A DNA stretch of 64,000 nt from the NCBI GenBank assembly GCA_951406725.2, contig OX597817.1, positions 75,826,001 through 75,890,000 on the forward strand. Reading direction: 5' to 3'. Within the stretch, counting starts at the first letter, position 1. Each line of letters opens with the position of its first letter. Below are positions 41,729 to 55,327 of the stretch, one piece after another. Below the pieces are notes generated by a model that did not search any database, was not told the DNA's origin, and saw nothing but the letters and a program-made list of their open reading frames with translations. A program made the translations under genes and the position numbers. Origin of the DNA: Octopus vulgaris. Taxonomy: Eukaryota.

Positions 41729-42859
41729 ACCAAATGTTAGGAAACTAACATGTGAAGAAGTAAGGTACATTAATAGCGCAAAATAAAAATATAATAGAAA
41801 TAGTTAGGAATGGTAGAACATCATTTCAATGTGATATAATCCATGGCATTACATCTTATGGTAAAGAACGTCACTTCCAGGAGAAATTTCCGCAGGCTGT
41901 TAGAGTTACGTCGTGTTTCAATCACACTGGGGGAAATAGCGAGGGTTAGACGTTGTGGAGTGAGTTTGATGGTATGGTCTATGTCACGGGGAACAGAGGT
42001 TAGAGGCTAACTGCTATTTGATAGAACATCATAAAAGGAATTAGCAGAATTAACTTAAATTGAACTTGTTTGGGGAAATTGAATACTTACGTATATCAAT
42101 GAAAGAAAGATTAGATAAAACCTTAGTGCAATGTTATTACTTGTTACTTATTAACAGAAACCTAATCCTAATACCCCTAATGATAGTTGGATAGTAGGGT
42201 GAGGCCAAAGTTAATTCTACAACTTAATTGGTCAGCTGATATTTGAAAACAGTGGCGTTGCTCAGGTCCGTTAAAACTATCAATAAATTACAAGTAAAAG
42301 CAAAAATATAAATCTTTAAGGAATGAATAGTCTAAGGGGTCTTACAAATGAATGAGTGATGGAAAACACTTACGGATATGGATAAAGTGTTTTATATGAA
42401 TATATCTGAGATATATATCAAATTAACAAGTAAATGACTGAACGAGAAAAGTAATAGATGAAGCAATTAATAGAAAAATAAACAAATGATAAACCAATAT
42501 TACCGGACTCAATCGCAGGAAGTAGCCGGTTAGTATATTATCATATTAAAAAGCAGAGATAAATTATGCCCTAAAATAAGATTTAGGAAATGTTATTTCG
42601 TTATGGGTAGATCTAAGTCATAATTTTTATCTTACGAGTAAATATCCGAAAAAGAAAAGCAAAGGTGAAAATGCTTGAGTTAAAATATTTCCAGACTTAT
42701 AGACTACAATTGAAGGAGGGTAACTGCGTATTGCATTTCAATATATTTAGACACTTAAAATCAAAATGAGGGTGAAAAAATTGTATATTAATTTAATAAC
42801 ATTAATTTAACACCAGTGGTTTATCGCATAAGAAACTGAAATTCAGTAAATATTATTAA

Positions 42860-42985
42860 TACACATATGAGAGAGAATCCACTAAAGTGGACGCCCTTAC
42901 GCTAAAGAGAGATCCACTGAGACTCATGTGGATCTCTCTTTAGCGTAAGGGCGTCCACTTTAGTGGATTCTCTCTCATATGTGTA
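42860..42985. repeat. Perfect palindrome, 58-bp arms and 10-nt loop
   Basis: 42860-42917 is the exact reverse complement of 42928-42985. Confidence 0.95.
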
Positions 42986-43377
42986 GACACTTAAAATATA
43001 TTTAGATACTTAGACACTTAAAATAAGATTGAGGTTATTATCAGTTATAGATAGAAACAGAAGGTATTCATGTTATGATAAAGGTAGAGCTAAGGGAACA
43101 TAATTAACTAAATGTGGTATTATAATTGTATCTGGCTGTGAAGTTATAAAATTGTAAACTTATAGAATTAATTACAGTTACAATAGGAGTTATTCTGGAT
43201 AAGGTAGGTATGAAGTGATAGACATATAGGGTTTAATGTTATAAGATGTATTTTAATCCACCTAGATAAACAAATACTGGCAGTTATATGTATCAAGACA
43301 TTGATAAATTCTTAAATAAGTGCTTAGAAATATATGTTTAGAAATATATGGAGTAACATCCCAAGAGGACACTGGTG

Positions 43378-43438
<61 letters not shown>

Positions 43439-43516
43439 TAGCAAAAGATAATATATATATAAATAGTAGCAAAAGATAATATATAGAGTATTAGAGTATA
43501 TGGAGTATATAGAGAA

Positions 43517-43752
43517 TGTTATCTTACACATATATTAGGAAAGGATGGCAATTAATATATAGTGTTCAGATTAGGAAAAATATTAATATTATCAAAGGAG
43601 ACACTAGCACAAATGATAGTTAATATTAATGAAATATCATTAATATTGACTATTATTTGTGCTAGTGCCTCCTTTGATAATAATACTATTTTTCCTAATC
43701 TCAACATTATATATTGATTGACATCCTTTCCTAATATATGTATAAGACAACA
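43517..43752. repeat. Imperfect palindrome (~115-bp arms) at the 3' end of a PLE endonuclease remnant
   Basis: Symmetry centre ATGA-AATA-TCAT at about 43633. Confidence 0.85.
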
Positions 43753-43769
43753 ATCTTTAAGAGAAAGTG

Positions 43770-44165
43770 TGTTTAGCCTTATGAAGGTAGAAACCATTTC
43801 TTCTTTATTAAGTAGATGAAAATTGGCCTTTAATATAAAAAGGATTTCACTTATATACCACATACATCTCTTATTCTTTACATCATATGCAGATGCTGAG
43901 ACTAAGATTTTCCAATGGAAGTCATAGCTAATACCCTTATCGTTGAGGTCCCATATATAATTACTCAAACCAGCGGAATTCCTCCTATTTATGTTTCTGA
44001 AGGTTCACAGATGGTGATTCAGTCTACGTTTCATATGGTTTTGGGTGGCTCTCACATATACCATATTACTCGTTTGAGTACTCACTGCACGTTTGTAAAC
44101 TATTTCTTTTTTTATTGCAATTATTACTAAAGACAATTGTTACTATTTCTACAATCATAAAGTCT
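43770..44165 (-). pseudogene. Penelope-like GIY-YIG endonuclease remnant
   Basis: DCRNSNNC…NNC…IVYK…VYV.AT…KRRLNHH.TF…LSNYIWDL…WKIL…KRCM…SEILFIL…LLNK.E matches the PLE CNCR…CPL/LSKYIW/LLNKRSE pattern. Confidence 0.8.
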
Positions 44166-44251
44166 ATACTGTTGAATAGATAAGTATATATACTTTCTTA
44201 TATACATTTACATATATACATGTATATCTATCCCTCTTTCTCTCTTTCACT

Positions 44252-44338
<87 letters not shown>

Positions 44339-44342
<4 letters not shown>

Positions 44343-44540
44343 ATCCAAACAAGAAAGCACAAAAAAACACAACAACGCGAGGACGTGGAACAAATATAGT
44401 ATTATTGGACGCTCAGGAAAGAAGGAAAGAAGGAGCGTTTAACGTTTCGAGTGGAGCTCTTCGTCGGAAACATAGAAAGGAAAGATCCAGAGAAGGGAAG
44501 ACAGAGGAAAAAAATCGCCAAGGGTACACACGAGGTCAGG
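44339..44540 (-). mobile_element. pLTR-like unit with HHR (44437-44471, CCGACGA core) abutting (TA)n
   Basis: GTTT-CCGACGA-A-GAGC-TCC-ACTC-GAAAC-GTT-AAAC. Confidence 0.65.
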
Positions 44541-44924
44541 TGCACACAAATGTAAGTTATAAAGAATTTTACGTGCCTATGTCAAATGATAATGCGTTTA
44601 GCTTCATCGTGCAAATAGACTCCCATGGTTAAACCTCCACAAGGTTGAACGTATAGAAGGACAATTCTTTTTTTTCAATTCTTCATTAAATTATACGCAC
44701 CGCAGACGAATGCACGGTTGCACAAATGAGAAAAAGCAATGATTTGTTAAATCATAGCATTTTTCCTAGGCAGGGAGAAGATGTTATTTCTCTCTGTAGA
44801 ACGGACGAAGTAAATAAACATGGTCAGTCGTTGAGCATCTGGTTAATCTTGTCGAGTTGTTTTTAATACGTTCTGAAGATTAAACGACTACGGCAACGAC
44901 GGTGACAACGATAACAGCAGCAGT

Positions 44925-44964
<40 letters not shown>

Positions 44965-45401
44965 GAGTCATGATAGTATTTAATGAATTATTTTATATGT
45001 AATCAGAAGTACCATAAATTAGCACTGATGCAATTACAGCATAGATGATTCATTTTAAATATTCAAAAACACACAGTGACTGTTAACTTCCTTAAATGGT
45101 TTATTTCTTTCTCTCTAAATTTTCGTCATACTATCTGCAACCTGGCCACTGACACAGTTCCGCTGCTACTGGCTCGAAACTAGTTTTTTTTTTGGTCAGT
45201 ATATATATAGGCCTCGGGGTTTTAAATTTATAACTTAATTTTCATTTCTTCCTCCCCTCCGTATTGGTCAGTCGCTTAGGATGTCTTCACACGGGGCTCA
45301 TCCAAGGTCCATGGCCACAGAATAAAGATAAAGGAAATAGAGATTTATATGAAGTGTATAAAATAGCAGGGTGTGGTAGCAAAATTAATTTTACAAGAGC
45401 A

Positions 45402-45462
<61 letters not shown>

Positions 45463-45627
45463 TTACTACTATTGGTAGTGGTGCTTGTAGTAGTAGTAGT
45501 GGTGGTGGTGGTTGGTGGTGGTGGTAGTTTAAATAGATTTTCAACTGAAATAAATAAATTATGATACTGCTTGGCAGAAGAATGCTATGTGGCCCCTAAG
45601 GAGAGAAGAAAGGAATACTGAAAGAGT

Positions 45628-45683
<56 letters not shown>

Positions 45684-46684
45684 AAGAGAGAGAAAGGAAG
45701 GAAATAGAAAGTACATACAAACAACTATGACGTCCAAATTTAAGCTAAAATAACTGGTCTACAAATTACTATGTAATGACGATCTGAACTACTACCTATA
45801 CAGAAGGAAAAAATGGAAAGTAAATTATAAATTTAAAGCCATAATACCTATATAAGCTGAGCGATAACCTACTTTCAGGCAGTTGCAGCTGGACTACATC
45901 AGTGATCAGGTCACAGATAGTGCGCCGAAAAGTTTGACATTTTGAAATAAATGATTTAGTGAAGTTTTTGAATGCCGAAAACGTGTCTTCTACGCTGTAA
46001 TTAATTTAGTATCAACACACTGCCTTAAATCAAATCATTTGTCAGACAAATACATTTCCGAAATTCTTAAGCAGAATATTTCCTTAGATATCAGATGCAT
46101 AGCCAGCAATAATGCAAAAATACAACTTTACTAGCCTACTGAGAAGTTTCTAAACACTATCGATGTATAAATTAGGACTTTCATAGACCTGCGGCAATAG
46201 AATCACAGGAATGCAACATTCGATTGAGTCAAAACTATTTATAAGGTCCAAATTTAATTAGTTCGATATAATAGAATTTTATATATATATGTTTCTAAAC
46301 ACTCCTTATTAAGGTACATGAAGTGAGAATATAATTTACGAGAATCGACATCAGCGTTTTCGAAGTAATAAATGATATATTCTTCAAAGCGATAACTATA
46401 TTCTTGTACTTGCTTCATGCTGCGGCCATGCTGGAGCACCGCCTTTAGTCGAACAAATCGACCCCAGGACTTATTCTTTGAAAATCTAGTACTTATTCTA
46501 TCGGTCTCTATTGCCGAACCGCTAAGTTATGGGACATAAACGCACCAGCATCGGTGGTCAAGCGATGGTGGGGTGAGGTGGGGAAACGCAGACACACGAA
46601 TACTTGCACAGATACATTCATACATATATATATGTATGTATGTATGTTCTTAATATTATTAGCTCTGTTTATTTTCTCGTGTTC

Positions 46685-46720
46685 CTTTCTGTTGAAGAGC
46701 GTAGGCACGAAACGTAAAAG
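46685..46720 (+). ncRNA. Minimal HHR, CUGUUGA variant
   Basis: CTTT-CTGTTGA-A-GAGC-GTAG-GCAC-GAAAC-GTA-AAAG. Confidence 0.6.
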
Positions 46721-46887
46721 ACTTTCTCACCTTCCCGAGCGTTAAACTAATACACCTCTTTGTTGTTTCTAAATCTGTCTTCGTCTTTTGTTTTTTGTAA
46801 ATTCAACTATATATATATATGTATATATATATATGTATGTATATATAAATATGTATATATATATGTATATATGTATGTATATATATA

Positions 46888-46942
<55 letters not shown>

Positions 46943-47006
46943 GAAATGAAGAAAATGGTGACAAAATAATTTAAGTAAGGGAGAGTGTATTTAATTAGGT
47001 GAAAGT

Positions 47007-47046
47007 TCTTTTTACCGGTTGCGCATTTGTTATGCTTATCAAAAGA
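47007..47046 (-). ncRNA. Minimal HHR, U3-A8 variant (A13 mutated)
   Basis: TCTT-TTGATAA-GCAT-AACAA-ATGC-GCAA-CCGG-TA-AAAAGA. Confidence 0.45.
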
Positions 47047-47090
47047 TATTTTTTAAGAGAGATAGAGTTCCTTTCTGATAGATTTTTTCT

Positions 47091-47129
<39 letters not shown>

Positions 47130-47427
47130 GACGGGCTTCTTTCAGTTTCCGTCAACCAAATCCACTCACAAGGCATTGGTTGACTCGTGGCTATAGTAGA
47201 AAACACTTGCCCAAGATGCCACGCAGTGGGACTGAACCCGGAACTTTGTGGTTGGGAAGCAAACTTCTTACCACACAGCCACTCCTGCGCCTATGTGTGC
47301 AAATAGAAAGAATGATGTAAGAACAGCAGCATAGTGCAAATATATGTGAAGTTACATGCTTCTGTATCCCAGAAATGATAAAAATAATATTCATAGCAAT
47401 ACATAAGCGCAAAATATAGGCATTGCT

Positions 47428-47765
47428 TGGTCTGGCGTCGTGGTAAAGGACTTCACTTCGCAACTACAAAGCTTCGAGGCGTGGTACCTATAGTCTTGTA
47501 CTATAGATTCGAGGTGACCAGTGCCTTATGACTGACTATGGTAGACGGAAACGGTTTAGAAACACGTTGTGTATGTGTGTGAGTGTGTCTTCGTATCTAT
47601 GTTTGCTCTTTCCTTCAGCATGATAACTACTGTTAGTTAGTTTACGTACGCCCCCGTGACTTAACGGCAAGCGAAACTGCTAAAATAAGTACGACGCAAT
47701 TTGTCCAACTAAATTCTTGAAAATGGTACTCTAGGGTTGCCGCAGTGCAGTGACTGAGCCAAGTC
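47428..47765 (+). mobile_element. SINE family A, highly diverged
   Basis: GGTAGACGGAAAC, AATAAGTAC and GCCGCAGT…TGACTGA landmarks. Confidence 0.6.
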
Positions 47766-47940
47766 AAAAAGCAAGAATTGTAACACTTTTTGTTCATGCA
47801 AAAGATTAAACCATTTAAATTTTAATGGTACAGTTACCACCAACTTCAAATGCGTTAATTTTCTAGCTATAACCTTAGGGTCTTGTGCTAGGAACTACAC
47901 TACACAAGTACAATTCCCGACCATTTAATTTAAAATCCTT

Positions 47941-48178
47941 AGTTAGAAATACAAGTAATGCATCGCATGCAAGTAGTATATTATAATCTGTAACTATAAT
48001 AACTCCCTATTAAGGAGAGTAGTCATGGGTTTAAGCAGTGAATCCGCTACTTTTAGAAATACAAGTTAGAAATACAAGTAATGCATCGCATGCAAGTAGT
48101 ATATTATAATCTGTAACTATAATAACTCCCTATTAAGGAGAGTAGTCATGGGTTTAAGTAGTGAATCCGCTACTTTTA
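47941..48178. repeat. Tandem duplication of ~115 bp
   Basis: AGTTAGAAATACAAGTAATGCATCGC…CCGCTACTTTTA twice, with 1 mismatch. Confidence 0.9.
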
Positions 48179-48604
48179 ACTGGTTGGTTGTGAGAGAACT
48201 GAGGTGTGAGATCAGGCAGTCTTATATCTCCTGGATGCATCATCATCTCCTCCCCCCTTCGAATCATCCGCCTTTTAAACTGGCATGCAGCAAAAAAAAA
48301 AGAAGAAACAAAACCACATACACACACACGCACATACAAAGAAGGACACAAATGCATACGCACATAAGGTTACACATCTAAGAACAGATGGAGTAAGTGG
48401 AGCAAGAGCATACACGGAAACGAAAAGTGTCTCTGAAGAGGTCACAGATATGTGACAAAAGATTACTGGAGAATGGACAGGCGTTGAAATAATAAAATAA
48501 CAGTAATAAACGAATGAAAAAAAAAATATAGTGCGTGGGTTTATTTGGCAAAAATGAAAAAAATGAAATGACCATCCCGAAATACAGCAACATATATATA
48601 TAAA

Positions 48605-48815
48605 GTTAATCCAAACATGAAAACACACAGAGAAAACACAACAACGCGAGGACGTGGAACAAATATAGTATTATTGGACGCTCAGGAAGGAAGTGAAGAA
48701 GGGGAGTTTAACGTTTCGAGCAGAGCTCTTCGTCGGAAACATAAGAGAAGAAAAGATCTAGAGAAGGGAAGACAGAGGAAAAAAATCGCCAACGGTACGC
48801 ACGTGGTCACATTTT
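48605..48815 (-). mobile_element. pLTR-like unit with HHR (48706-48740, CCGACGA core) between (TA)n
   Basis: GTTT-CCGACGA-A-GAGC-TCT-GCTC-GAAAC-GTT-AAAC; near-copy of 44339-44540. Confidence 0.7.
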
Positions 48816-49059
48816 GAATATATATATATATATATATACACTCACCTTTATGTCTCTCTATCGACAGAGCAGCCAAAACGCATTGCCCTAAGACCTCCAA
48901 GTGCTTCATTTAGGGGTATGCCGCAGCAGTTCATGTAAAAACATAAGCTTACAACGCTTACAACGCTTACAACGTAAATCATCTTAAGCTACAAACAATA
49001 TGACATTTACTGAGCATTATAACCTCTGCAAGACCATTGAATGAAACACGAACGATGAC

Positions 49060-49720
49060 CCATGGATTACACATCCTGCAAGTATGAAGACCAATGTTTT
49101 GGTACTTTACTAAAAGGTTCACTACGAACACGCGGAGTCCCTCATCTCTTGCGTTATGATGATATCATATGCATTACATCTGTAGACAAAACTTCGGTGT
49201 TTGCTACCCGTTTTGCATGCCATTTCTCACTGTATACATTCAGTACATCGTGTACAAGTAGTGCATCGTAAGCTGCAACTATCATTTTTTCCTTCTACCT
49301 GGCGTACCATCATATACACGCATTCACGTCTAGAGCTAAAGCATCTTCATCCCCTTCAAAGCAACAAGACCTAGGCTCAGGAAACTTCCCAGGTATTATC
49401 TGGAAAAAAAACCCTACCCCAGACTTAGTTTCTATCGTTGCCAAATACTTTAAACTCCCTCTTACTCTGTCTACAAGGATATAAGGATGTATGTTAATCT
49501 TTACAAACAAACAACGGTTTGTTCGATTCGTAAGAGCAGCAAATCCGCTGATAAAATCATCATTCTCTTGCATTCGATTGCCAAACATATGAAGCAGTAT
49601 ACTTTTGTCATGTAAGCAATTCGATCACTGTAATTTTGAGGAGATATCAAATAATTTAATATGCAGATCAGTAGTCAATGCATTGGAATAGATAATATGT
49701 ATAAGGTTCTGTATGGTGGG
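49060..49720 (+). pseudogene. Highly decayed Jockey/CR1-like LINE ORF2 fragment
   Basis: TSVDKTSVFATRF, PGIIWKK.TPDL, PLIKS.S.HSIAK and SDQ patterns typical of the region upstream of and at the start of the RT. Confidence 0.5.
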
Positions 49721-49811
49721 CAACGGCATATTTAAGGATATACCTAATTCGGAATTGTCGATTAATACAGTCCAAACTTCACAGCTGTGCGATGTAAGTA
49801 TTGGATACTGA

Positions 49812-49852
<41 letters not shown>

Positions 49853-50271
49853 CATATATATATATACACATATATATATATACATATATATACATACATA
49901 CATATATACATACATATATATATATACATATATATACATGTATCTATGTATATATGTATATATGCATATATATCCATAGACACCCACACACGCGCTTAAA
50001 CATACGCAAACACGCACACACACTCGTTCCTGCACACGCGCGCACACACAAACACACACGCGCACACACGTATACACATCCATGGGTGTGTGAGAGTATT
50101 GTAATGTATAATACCAAGACAAACAACGAATAGCACAAATCTATATCAAATTAACCCCTGGATTAATGGCTTATCAGCTCACAATCACCAGGATTACCAT
50201 TTCGGATTATATCGGATCTAGTTCATGATATCACATGCATATAACTATGCAAACACACATTTATACACGCA

Positions 50272-50307
<36 letters not shown>

Positions 50308-50308
<1 letters not shown>

Positions 50309-50730
50309 TCTTTACTCTTTTACTCTTTTACTCTTTTACTTGTTTCAGTCATTTGACTGCGGCCATGCTGGAGCACCGCCTTTAGTCGAGCAACTCGACC
50401 CCAGGACTCATTCTTTGTAAGCCCAGTACTTATTCTATCGGTCTCTTTTGCCGAACCGCTAAGTGACGGGGACATAAACACACCAGCATCGGTTGTCAAG
50501 CGATGTTGGGGGGACAAACATAGACACACAAACAGGCACATACACACACATATATATACACGTATACGACGGGCTTCTTTCAGTTTCCGTCTACCAAATC
50601 CACTCACAATGCTTTGGTCGGCCCGAGGCTATAGTAGAAGACACTTACCCAAGGTGCCACGCAGTGAGACTGAACCCGGAACCATGTGGTTCGTAAGCAA
50701 GTTACTTACCACACAGCCACTCCTGCGCCT
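50308..50730 (-). mobile_element. SINE family A, near-consensus
   Basis: Full head, body and (AAAAGAGT)n tail. Confidence 0.9.
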
Positions 50731-51199
50731 ATCTATCTATCTATACATGCGAGTGGACAAACTAATGAAAGATGCACTAAATACATCTGTTAGGATTTGT
50801 ACACACATATATTTGCGCACGCAGACAAAACACATACACACACATACATGTACACAAATGATACCCTCGTAGCAGATATACAAAACTGACACATTCTCAC
50901 ATACACGAACCATACACGCACATAAAGACGTTCATACAACTGGCATATACACACACATACATATGCGCCCTTAGTGACCTTCTGTTCGATGTCATTTAAG
51001 TTCCTTCGAAGACTATTCAGACTGCGAAGACTATCCATGGACTGCTTCCTGTCTAGTCATGCAGTCCATGGAATTCTTACTGAGATCTCTTTTTTAGTGG
51101 AGGTGCTGTCACTGAAATTTCAATTTCATTTCTAATAACACCATGTGACCCACCTTGACCAGTAGTTGCCCAATTTTCAGTATCCATTTGCACTTCCTG

Positions 51200-53200
51200 C
51201 ATCTTTCTATTCGGATATATATATCAGTGGTGTTGCTTGCATTTCTTTGGCAGGTTTTACTTCTCTTCAATGAAGGAAAGGATCCCTGAACAGAGGCGGT
51301 TATCAAAGGAATTCTCAAATCAACTTGTAAACATTGAAGAACTGTGGGATAGCATTAATAAAACCAATGATGCGCTGGAAATTGTTTGTAGTAGTGTTCA
51401 GCTTAGCTAATATCAAAAACTTCCATGAATTTATGCTCTTCTAAGGATGAATATCTTGCCTTTAATTGCTTATCTTATGCGCCAATAATTTTGTTTTAGG
51501 GTATTCTATAATGATGTGAGTCAACAAATTTATTTCTTAATCTCTTAATTTGGACTGCTTCATCGATTCCGTAGTTCTGCCTTAATATTTAATAAAACAT
51601 TGAAAGCACAGTTCTTATTTTATGTTTGCTCTTTACAATACATCACGCCAAGTCTTTCTACTTGAAGAATATTAAATGAAACATCAAAGAAAGAAAATAT
51701 ATCACTAAATACTACTAATAAAAGTGAGAAACCAGAATCCTTTAAACTGCGTAAGAATCCAGTTCCAGAATTTATAGTGATTTTTATCTCATGCTTCAGG
51801 ACTTTGGATGCTGACTTCACGAAGATTGATTAGGAAATTACAATTTTCATTTGTAGTAATAATGAACCGCGACGGTTAATTACATCTAATTAATGTTACT
51901 TTGAGAAATCTATTTTTAATAATTATCATCTAACTCATTAGCTCTTTCGGGAGATTTTGTAAAAAATGTACCGTGTTCATTCATTGTAGAAAAACAATAT
52001 GCATTCTCTTATGACAGAGCATGCCCGTAGAAAAACTAAATTTAGTACATGAGCACGAAAATAAATAAAGATTACACACTCACATTTCTCTCTTACCTTT
52101 GACTGTAACTCATTTAATTATTCTGCCATTGTAAAGGCATCGTCAGAGGTTTGTGTAATTAACTTGCTTTCATACTTTCACATTTCAATGCTTTTAAAAA
52201 CATGTTTAGATAAAGAAATTGCAGAACATCATTAAATTGCATTAACCTCGTTAAAAGGTTATTTTGCAACACACAGATGATAGTTGTGAATAGTTCGATA
52301 CATCGGACGTTTCATCTACTGGAATAATAACAAATTTAGCCTGCTTAGGTTAATTTATTATTTCATTCAGCACAACCATTGAATCTCTTCGGTTAAATCA
52401 TTTTGAATTCTGTTTGAGAGACTGGAGTTGAAGCCATATATAGATGACTTGAAATTTTTCAACATACTGATTAAATATAGGAATTCATTGTAATTCCCAT
52501 GATAGTTGTGCTTTTGGATTTAAAACGATCACGAAGTGATAATACCAGGCGACCTAAGAAAATAACTACATCAGTTAACCGCTAGAGAATGGATCTGTTG
52601 CGTTTAACTTCTTCATTATATTCCTCTTGCATATCTAATTGTAATTCCCTAAGTTTTAAGCCGTGGAGGCACATGGCCTAGTGGTTAGAGCAGCGGACTC
52701 GGAAACGCGGGTTCGAATTTTAGACCGGGCGATATGTGTGTTTTTGAGCGAAACACATAAGCTCCACGCGGCTTTGGCAGAAGGTAATGGCGAAGTTCTA
52801 CTGGCTCTTTCGCCACAATTTTTTTCACATTTTTTCCTCCTGTATCTTGCAGCTCAACTGCGACGGACCAGCGTCTCGTCCAGGTGGAGAACGTATACGC
52901 TAAGGAAACCGGGAAATCAGCCCTTAGGAACCAGGCATGGCCCGAGAAGGGACAAACAACAACAAGTTTTAAGATACATCAAGGATTTTGTATCTTTTTC
53001 GTAGAGTTCATGTTTTAACACGACCATAATTAGATTATTTAAATCAGCATAATCACTATCACGCCAAACAGTTTTTTCTAAACTAAATGACAAGCATGAC
53101 CGGCAAATACCTTATTTAACTTAGCACTTCCAGTTAACCATTTTAATCTCCCATATAAATTTTTCTGTAAAGGTCTAATATATTTATTGTTGGAACTTAA
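51200..53200 (-). pseudogene. hAT (Tip100/ZMYM1-like) transposase remnant, interrupted by a SINE
   Basis: LKWLTGSAKLNKVF (TTF-type Zn finger), SNRIQNDL, DETSDVSNYSQLS, AHVLNLV, FDVSFNILQ and IPLITASVQGSFPSLKRSKT (hATC). Confidence 0.75.
52663..52963 (+). mobile_element. SINE family C variant 2 with 10-bp TSD AAGTTTTAAG
   Basis: TSD at 52651-52660 and 52964-52973; (CAA)n tail. Confidence 0.9.
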
Positions 53201-53683
53201 CAATTTAGGGAATTTTGGCGTTGGTCTTAATTAATAGTTTCTCTTCAAACTCTTTTTTTAAAATATTTTTCAAAAGATTTTTTATTACACACATTTCAGT
53301 CATTTGGTCTAATATTTCAAAAATACAAAGAACATTTAACAAAACCAATAAACACATGTGTGTACGTGTTTGCCTCTGTGTGTGTGTATGTGTGTACTTG
53401 TGTGTGAATTGAATAAATCGGAAGATAATCTTAGTAAATCTATTCTTTCTGGACATCAAACATGCAACAGTAAAACATGAAAAAAATTGTTGTTACCGTT
53501 TGGATTGCTTCTCTCGATTTTCAAAATTTTGCATTATAATAGTCTATCAGAATTAAGTTTGACAAAGTGTTTTTGTAAAAGAAGCGCAATATTCTGTTTT
53601 ATATTTTAACGTTTTGCCACGCGTTTCACTTGAGGTCAAACGGCTATCAATTGTTGACCGCTTGCAATGTGTGTGTGGGTGTG

Positions 53684-53737
<54 letters not shown>

Positions 53738-54904
53738 TGTGTGTATGTGTGTGTGAGAGTGTGTTTGTATGTGTGTATTTGTGTCCCCGCCCGCGTAATG
53801 TGTATTTGCGTGTATGTGTGTCTGAGTGTGCGTATGTGTATGCAAATTCGGTGTTACATCAAGCCAGCAATTCAGTTGCGAATGAGAAGCTTAGAGTGCT
53901 GTATATATTGTTTTAATCTCAGTCACATTGTTTTATCTAATTAGGATTTGTGCATGGATTGTTCCGAAAAAGTTCCTCGTGTTGTCCTTTGTCTTCCTAT
54001 TCATTGGATAATTATAGTTATTTCCGCTTTGTGTCTTATTTACATCTACATTTTCCGGTCAGTAATATGAATCTTCTTTCAGCATGTGAGAATTTTTACA
54101 GATGGCATAGAGAAACAGGGTCTTTCTGATCGAATTTCTGTGTGTTTAGGTTTGTGTAGTGTGTACGTGTGCTTGTGAGTGGTTTTGCATGGAGGCTGTT
54201 GATTATGGCCTCCTTTTTCGCTCAGTCCCACGGTCCGTTTAAGATGTATTGCCTCCATGTCGTGTGCTAAAATGAAGACTCCAAAATGCACAGTGGAGGA
54301 CATAGCTACATGGGTGTCCCGAGAATCACGACTGCTCTCGCCTATATCTCACCTTCTCTGTACCGTGAGGAAAATGTTGAAGGAACGATATTATAATTTC
54401 ACTGTCAGAGGAACGCACATCACCATCACCGGCAACTAAATGTTCCTCGTTGGTTTGAGATTCCAAAAAGTTAGAGTTTTGACTTTCACCAGATATGCTA
54501 AAAGATAAATAAAAATAAAAATTTATAAAAAAGCATGGACTGCATAAACTATTCGCTTGTTAAAACTAACCTCATCCCATGTATAGTCACGTAACTATAA
54601 ACATAAAGACACGCACACACACACGCACACACACACATACGCGCGCGCGCAGACGCAGTTCAATCAATGAACTCATCTGCTCTTATACAGTTTTCTTTTT
54701 ACATAGTGCAAGATATACAAAAAATCTCTTATATGAAATCCGTTCTATCTGCCTGTCTGTGTGTGTGTCTTCTAGGATCTCGAGCATCCTCAATCCGATT
54801 GCGTTCAAATTTGATATGTGTGAGAAAATGGTTAAGGAATAGTTATTTTAGATAAGATATGAAATAGATGGTGCTTAACTGGTGCTTAACTGGTGATTAA
54901 CCAT

Positions 54905-55170
54905 CTTCTTACACCGTCTCCGATGAAGGGATATATAAAATATCCCGGAAATATGTGTAAGACCTTCTATTTATAAATGTTCCAAAATCTTTCACAGCCT
55001 TGGATATTTATATCATTCTGGAATTTTTTAATATATATATATATATGCTGATATATGGCCTACGTTGGACCCCTCATTCGCTTAATCACCGAAATTGGAC
55101 CTTAACTATAGTCTGTCCATAGCGCTTACTCACTATTACCTGACACCTTTATGTCTTATTGACACCATTA
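54905..55170 (+). mobile_element. pLTR-like unit with HHR (54916-54963, CCGAUGA core)
   Basis: GTCT-CCGATGA-A-GGGATAT-ATAAA-ATATCCC-G-GAAA-TATGT-GTA-AGAC; homologous to 26405-26675. Confidence 0.7.
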
Positions 55171-55220
55171 CCTCTCTCTCTCGCTCTCTCTCTCACACAC
55201 TCTATGTGTATATATATATA

Positions 55221-55327
55221 CACGAGGGGTGTATGAAAAGTCTTGAGCCTCAAAAAAAAATATGGTACACGACTTCTGATAAAGGTGCAAGACTTCAAGG
55301 CTCAAAACTTTTCATACACCCTTCGGA
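55221..55327. mobile_element. Tiny mariner-type MITE
   Basis: TIRs CGAGGGGTGTATGAAAAGTCTTGAGCC / GGCTCAAAACTTTTCATACACCCTTCG. Confidence 0.75.

Larger units (their letters stand above)
46408..47292 (-). mobile_element. SINE family A whose internal microsatellite hosts two nested HHR units
   Basis: 3' half at 46408-46600, 5' half at 47128-47292; nested units at 46660-46810 and 46940-47095. Confidence 0.8.

Noticed and set aside
45142-45199. CTGGCCA-CTGACAC…GGCTC-GAAAC-TAGT…TGGTCAG HHR-like string
   Set aside because: Core lacks G8/A9 and a poly-T run interrupts the cleavage site; single copy.
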